DNA from: a bacterium
GTDB lineage: Bacteria > Bdellovibrionota_C > UBA2361 > CALJRW01
Direction: 5' to 3'
DNA: 64,000 bases
Assembly: GCA_031385045.1 (NCBI GenBank)
Contig: JANNBC010000006.1
Location: forward strand, 43,431-107,430
Shown here: positions 61,062 through 64,000 of the stretch, piece after piece
How positions within the stretch are numbered: the stretch's first letter is position 1
Layout: each line of letters starts with the position of its first letter
Position numbers and translations under genes: made by a program
The notes under the pieces: generated by a model
The model's input: the letters and a program-made list of their open reading frames with translations, nothing else
Database searches by the model: none
What the model was told of the DNA's origin: nothing

Positions 61062-61433
61062 ATGGAAAATACTGCACAAGAGAACGAAGAATTTAAAGCT
61101 ACTGATGAAATGCCAGTAATGTTTACGGAGTCAGCCGTTAAAGCAGCTCTTAATGCGATTAAGGAAGAAGGCCAGGAAGGCGACGGATTAAGAGTTTCAG
61201 TCATGGGTGGCGGATGCTCTGGTTTAACTTATAACTTAGATTTCGATCAAGAAGAAAGAATGGGTGACCTAGTATTGCAGTTTGCTGATTTAAAAGTCTA
61301 CTTAGATGCTGCCAGCATTAGCCATTTAAAGGGAACAACAATTGATTTTGTAAATGGCCTTAATGGTGCTGGATTTAAATTCCATAACCCTAATGCTGTG
61401 CGTACTTGTGGATGTGGTAATTCTTTTAACTAG
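61062..61433 (+). CDS. A-type iron-sulfur carrier (IscA/ErpA/HesB family)
   Basis: GGGCSG and CGCGNSF. Confidence 0.95.
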   Translation: MENTAQENEEFKATDEMPVMFTESAVKAALNAIKEEGQEGDGLRVSVMGGGCSGLTYNLDFDQEERMGDLVLQFADLKVYLDAASISHLKGTTIDFVNGLNGAGFKFHNPNAVRTCGCGNSFN

Positions 61434-61450
61434 TTTAAAACTAATTATCC

Positions 61451-61486
61451 CCTTAGCTGTATGTAAAGATATAGCTAAGGTTATAT
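61451..61486 (+). terminator. Probable intrinsic terminator after the Fe-S carrier gene
   Basis: CCTTAGCTGTAT-gtaaag-ATATAGCTAAGG followed by TTATAT. Confidence 0.55.
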
Positions 61487-61584
61487 CTTGCTCAATCCAT
61501 TCGAGTGTAGTTATTCTTTACTGATATTATTAGTTTTACATTTTGTTATTCAAACTAATGTCAAAAACAGCACAAAGACTTATT

Positions 61585-61654
61585 ATATAGTTATGACAAA
61601 AAGTATTTTTCAAGTATCTAAAAGTCAGTTTTGTGTTTTTTGTCATAACTATAT
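61585..61654. repeat. Perfect 18-bp inverted repeat with 34-nt spacer
   Basis: ATATAGTTATGACAAAAA (61585-602) / TTTTTGTCATAACTATAT (61637-654). Confidence 0.85.
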
Positions 61655-61679
61655 GATTTTATTATCCCTCTGGGAGATA

Positions 61680-62195
61680 GTGAGTCCAAAAAGTAATTCC
61701 CTACGGAAATTACTTTTTGGGCTCACTATATTAGCTCTTTTTGCTACACTTGCTTCTTGCTCAGCTCTATCAACAAACTCTAAAGATAGATCTTGGCGTT
61801 ATGCTGAACAAGTAAACGAAACAGTAAATGTTGATGGAAAATCATATCAAATTATTGACTCTGAAACAGAGAATCTAATTGCAATTAAATCAACAAAGAC
61901 TAGCTTTCAGCTGAACCAAACACACGATACTCAAGCTTGGGAACGTCTAGCATTTTATTTCAAATTCTACTTAGGTTCCCAAGTTAGTTTGAAAAAGGAG
62001 CAATTGGAAGTAATTTCCGACGAGGGAAACTTTAAATATCAGATCACCAGAAAATATTTAGAAGATCAATCCGCAGATTATCTTGTTAAGGTAACCGATC
62101 TTAAAGGTAATCAAATAACTGAAGAATCAACAATTAAAGCTAAAAATCTTGCTCGATTCCTAACCGAAGGCATTTTAGATCAAAATCTAATTTAG
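61680..62195 (+). CDS. Hypothetical lipoprotein; likely GTG start at 61680
   Basis: GGAG upstream, then SPKSNSLRKLLFGLTILALFATLASC lipobox. Confidence 0.7.
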   Translation: MSPKSNSLRKLLFGLTILALFATLASCSALSTNSKDRSWRYAEQVNETVNVDGKSYQIIDSETENLIAIKSTKTSFQLNQTHDTQAWERLAFYFKFYLGSQVSLKKEQLEVISDEGNFKYQITRKYLEDQSADYLVKVTDLKGNQITEESTIKAKNLARFLTEGILDQNLI

Positions 62196-62475
62196 AGTTT
62201 TTAGTAAGTTTACCCTCTTAAATTAGCTCTAAAAAATATCCTAGAATATTTCTTCCTATTTTGAATCCATTTCTGATACTTTGAATAGCAGGGATAACTA
62301 TCTGAAATCACACATTTTTCTTAACTTGCCCAAAAGCACATTAGCTTTTGCCATTAAATAAAAATAATTATTCTAAAAAAAGGCTAATCCTCGCTGATTA
62401 ACATTCCGAATATCTCTCCATGGCCCAAAAGGAGTTGTTCTGAGCCATAAAGGTTTTTGAACAAGGAGAGTTCAC

Positions 62476-63855
62476 ATGTTTTCAATATCTAAGCAATTAA
62501 CTGGATTAGTACTTGGGTTTATTTTAGTTGTTACCAACTTCGCCATCGCTGAAGATTTACTCGTTTTTACTGATGAGTATGTAATCGAAGTCAACAATCA
62601 AACTAGCGATATTCAATCTCAAACAGCTCGTAAAGAGACATCAAGTATTGAGAAGAAAAATTTTGAAAAATTAGGAGCTAACCTTGAAAAAGTTATCTCT
62701 AAGAAAAGTCGTTTATTGCGCAAGAAGGGTCTAAGCCTTCGTAGCACATCAAGAATCAAAAAATTTGATGTTACTGATACTTATTGCGAAGAATTAATCG
62801 CTAGCAATCTGGTTACATCATGCAGTCCTAACTTTGTTATCAAAACACAAGCCGTTTCTAACGATCCAAGCTTTAATCAGTTATGGGGATTATCAACTAG
62901 CCAAGGTATTCATGCACCAGCAGCTTGGGATGTTGCAAAAGGAACAAGTAATGTTGTTGTTGCAGTAATCGATAGCGGTGTTGATTACAATCACCCCGAT
63001 TTAAAACCAAATATGTGGGTTAATAATGCTGAAGTAGCTGGCAATGGTATTGATGATGACAATAATGGTTACATCGATGACATTCATGGTATCTCAGCAA
63101 TTACATCTTCTGGTGATCCAATGGATTTAAATGGTCACGGAACTCACGTTGCTGGCACAATTGGTGCAAAAGGGAACAATGAGATTGGAGTTGTTGGAGT
63201 TAACTGGAATGTAAAAATCATGGCTCTTAGATTCTTAGACCAAAATGGTTCGGGAAGTCTGTCTGACGCCATTGAAGCTATCAACTACATGACTGAGATG
63301 AAAAATCGCGGTGTTAACATTGTAGTTTCTAATAACTCATGGGGTGGTATCGGATATGTTCAAAGTTTATACAATGCCATTCAAACAAGCGTTAGCGCTG
63401 GAATTATCTTTGTTGCTGCCGCTGGTAACTCAGCCAGTGATAATGATGTAACACCATCCTATCCAGCAAGTTATGATATCCCTGGAGTTGTTTCTGTAGC
63501 AGCGATTGATGCTAATCAAAATTTAGCTAATTTTTCTAACTATGGATTACAAACTGTTCACATTGCAGCACCTGGTGTAAACATTTATAGCACCTTCCCA
63601 GGCAATACGTATCGAGCTCTTTCAGGTACTTCGATGGCGTCACCACATGTTACTGGAGCAATTGCACTTCTCAGATCAATTGATAGCACATCAAGTAACT
63701 CCGCAATCATTGATCGACTTTATGAAACAGCAGAGCCATTACCATCGGTAACAGGCGTAACCTACACTGGGCGTAAACTGAATCTAGAAAGATTAATCAA
63801 GAACCAAAGACTTGCTTTTAACCCACCAAGTAATGGAAGCTCTGATTGTACTTAA
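62476..63855 (+). CDS. Secreted subtilisin-like S8 serine protease, apparently truncated by a frameshift
   Basis: Signal peptide, VAVIDSG, HGTHVAG, AAGN, GTSMASP. Confidence 0.93.
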   Translation: MFSISKQLTGLVLGFILVVTNFAIAEDLLVFTDEYVIEVNNQTSDIQSQTARKETSSIEKKNFEKLGANLEKVISKKSRLLRKKGLSLRSTSRIKKFDVTDTYCEELIASNLVTSCSPNFVIKTQAVSNDPSFNQLWGLSTSQGIHAPAAWDVAKGTSNVVVAVIDSGVDYNHPDLKPNMWVNNAEVAGNGIDDDNNGYIDDIHGISAITSSGDPMDLNGHGTHVAGTIGAKGNNEIGVVGVNWNVKIMALRFLDQNGSGSLSDAIEAINYMTEMKNRGVNIVVSNNSWGGIGYVQSLYNAIQTSVSAGIIFVAAAGNSASDNDVTPSYPASYDIPGVVSVAAIDANQNLANFSNYGLQTVHIAAPGVNIYSTFPGNTYRALSGTSMASPHVTGAIALLRSIDSTSSNSAIIDRLYETAEPLPSVTGVTYTGRKLNLERLIKNQRLAFNPPSNGSSDCT

Positions 63856-64000
63856 GCTTAGTTAAGAATATTAATTCTCAACCAAGCTTAAGTGCTGACT
63901 CTACTCCGATTGTGATTCAAGCAGACGAGTATAACTTTCACACAATTGATTTACCTTTTGACTTTCCATTCTATGGAGTAAATCTTAGAAAAGTAATCGT
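63855..64000 (+). other. Out-of-frame continuation of the S8 protease, open to window end
   Basis: Frame from 63855 reads SLVKNINSQPSLSADSTPIVIQADEYNFHTIDLPFDFPFYGVNLRKVI without a stop. Confidence 0.7.

Noticed and set aside
61488..61679. N-terminal 64 aa of the 235-aa ORF
   Set aside because: It runs through the inverted repeat; the lipoprotein signal and SD point to GTG at 61680.
1..64000. Prophage, integron, transposase or anti-phage defence locus
   Set aside because: No integrase, transposase, phage structural, nuclease or toxin-antitoxin motifs recognised; tRNA-Gln shows no adjacent integrated element.

Overview
An AT-rich bacterial chromosome segment (standard genetic code) made mostly of housekeeping genes. 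The gene order resembles diderm 'deltaproteobacteria-like' lineages; this is inference, not a taxonomic assignment. Blocks: metG (partial) divergent from lysS-lolE-lolD-bamA-skp-fabZ-lpxA-lpxI; purL-purQ; an orphan TadE-TadE-TadG(vWA) trio; coaD-aminotransferase-ndk-rlmN; a split Ski2/HelY helicase with etfBA; tRNA-Gln-prs-(inserted binding protein)-rplY-pth-rpsF-rplI; pyrR-pyrB-pyrC-carAB-greA-dnaG-rpoD; iscA/erpA; and an S8 protease. I saw no prophage, integrase, transposase, CRISPR array or recognisable defence system. The strongest unexplained signal is a family of intergenic multi-hairpin elements (hairpin A, hairpin B, an AAAAYAACA linker, hairpin A'). Three copies share sequence, one matches by architecture only and one is tentative; two show compensatory base changes. 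Other oddities: a helicase cut by one in-frame TAA, a frameshifted S8 protease, in-frame TAG-ATG abutment of purL/purQ, a degenerate ABC ATPase, two kinases with complementary motif decay, and rpsR and lpxD missing from their usual operons. All calls come from reading motifs by eye; no searches were run.
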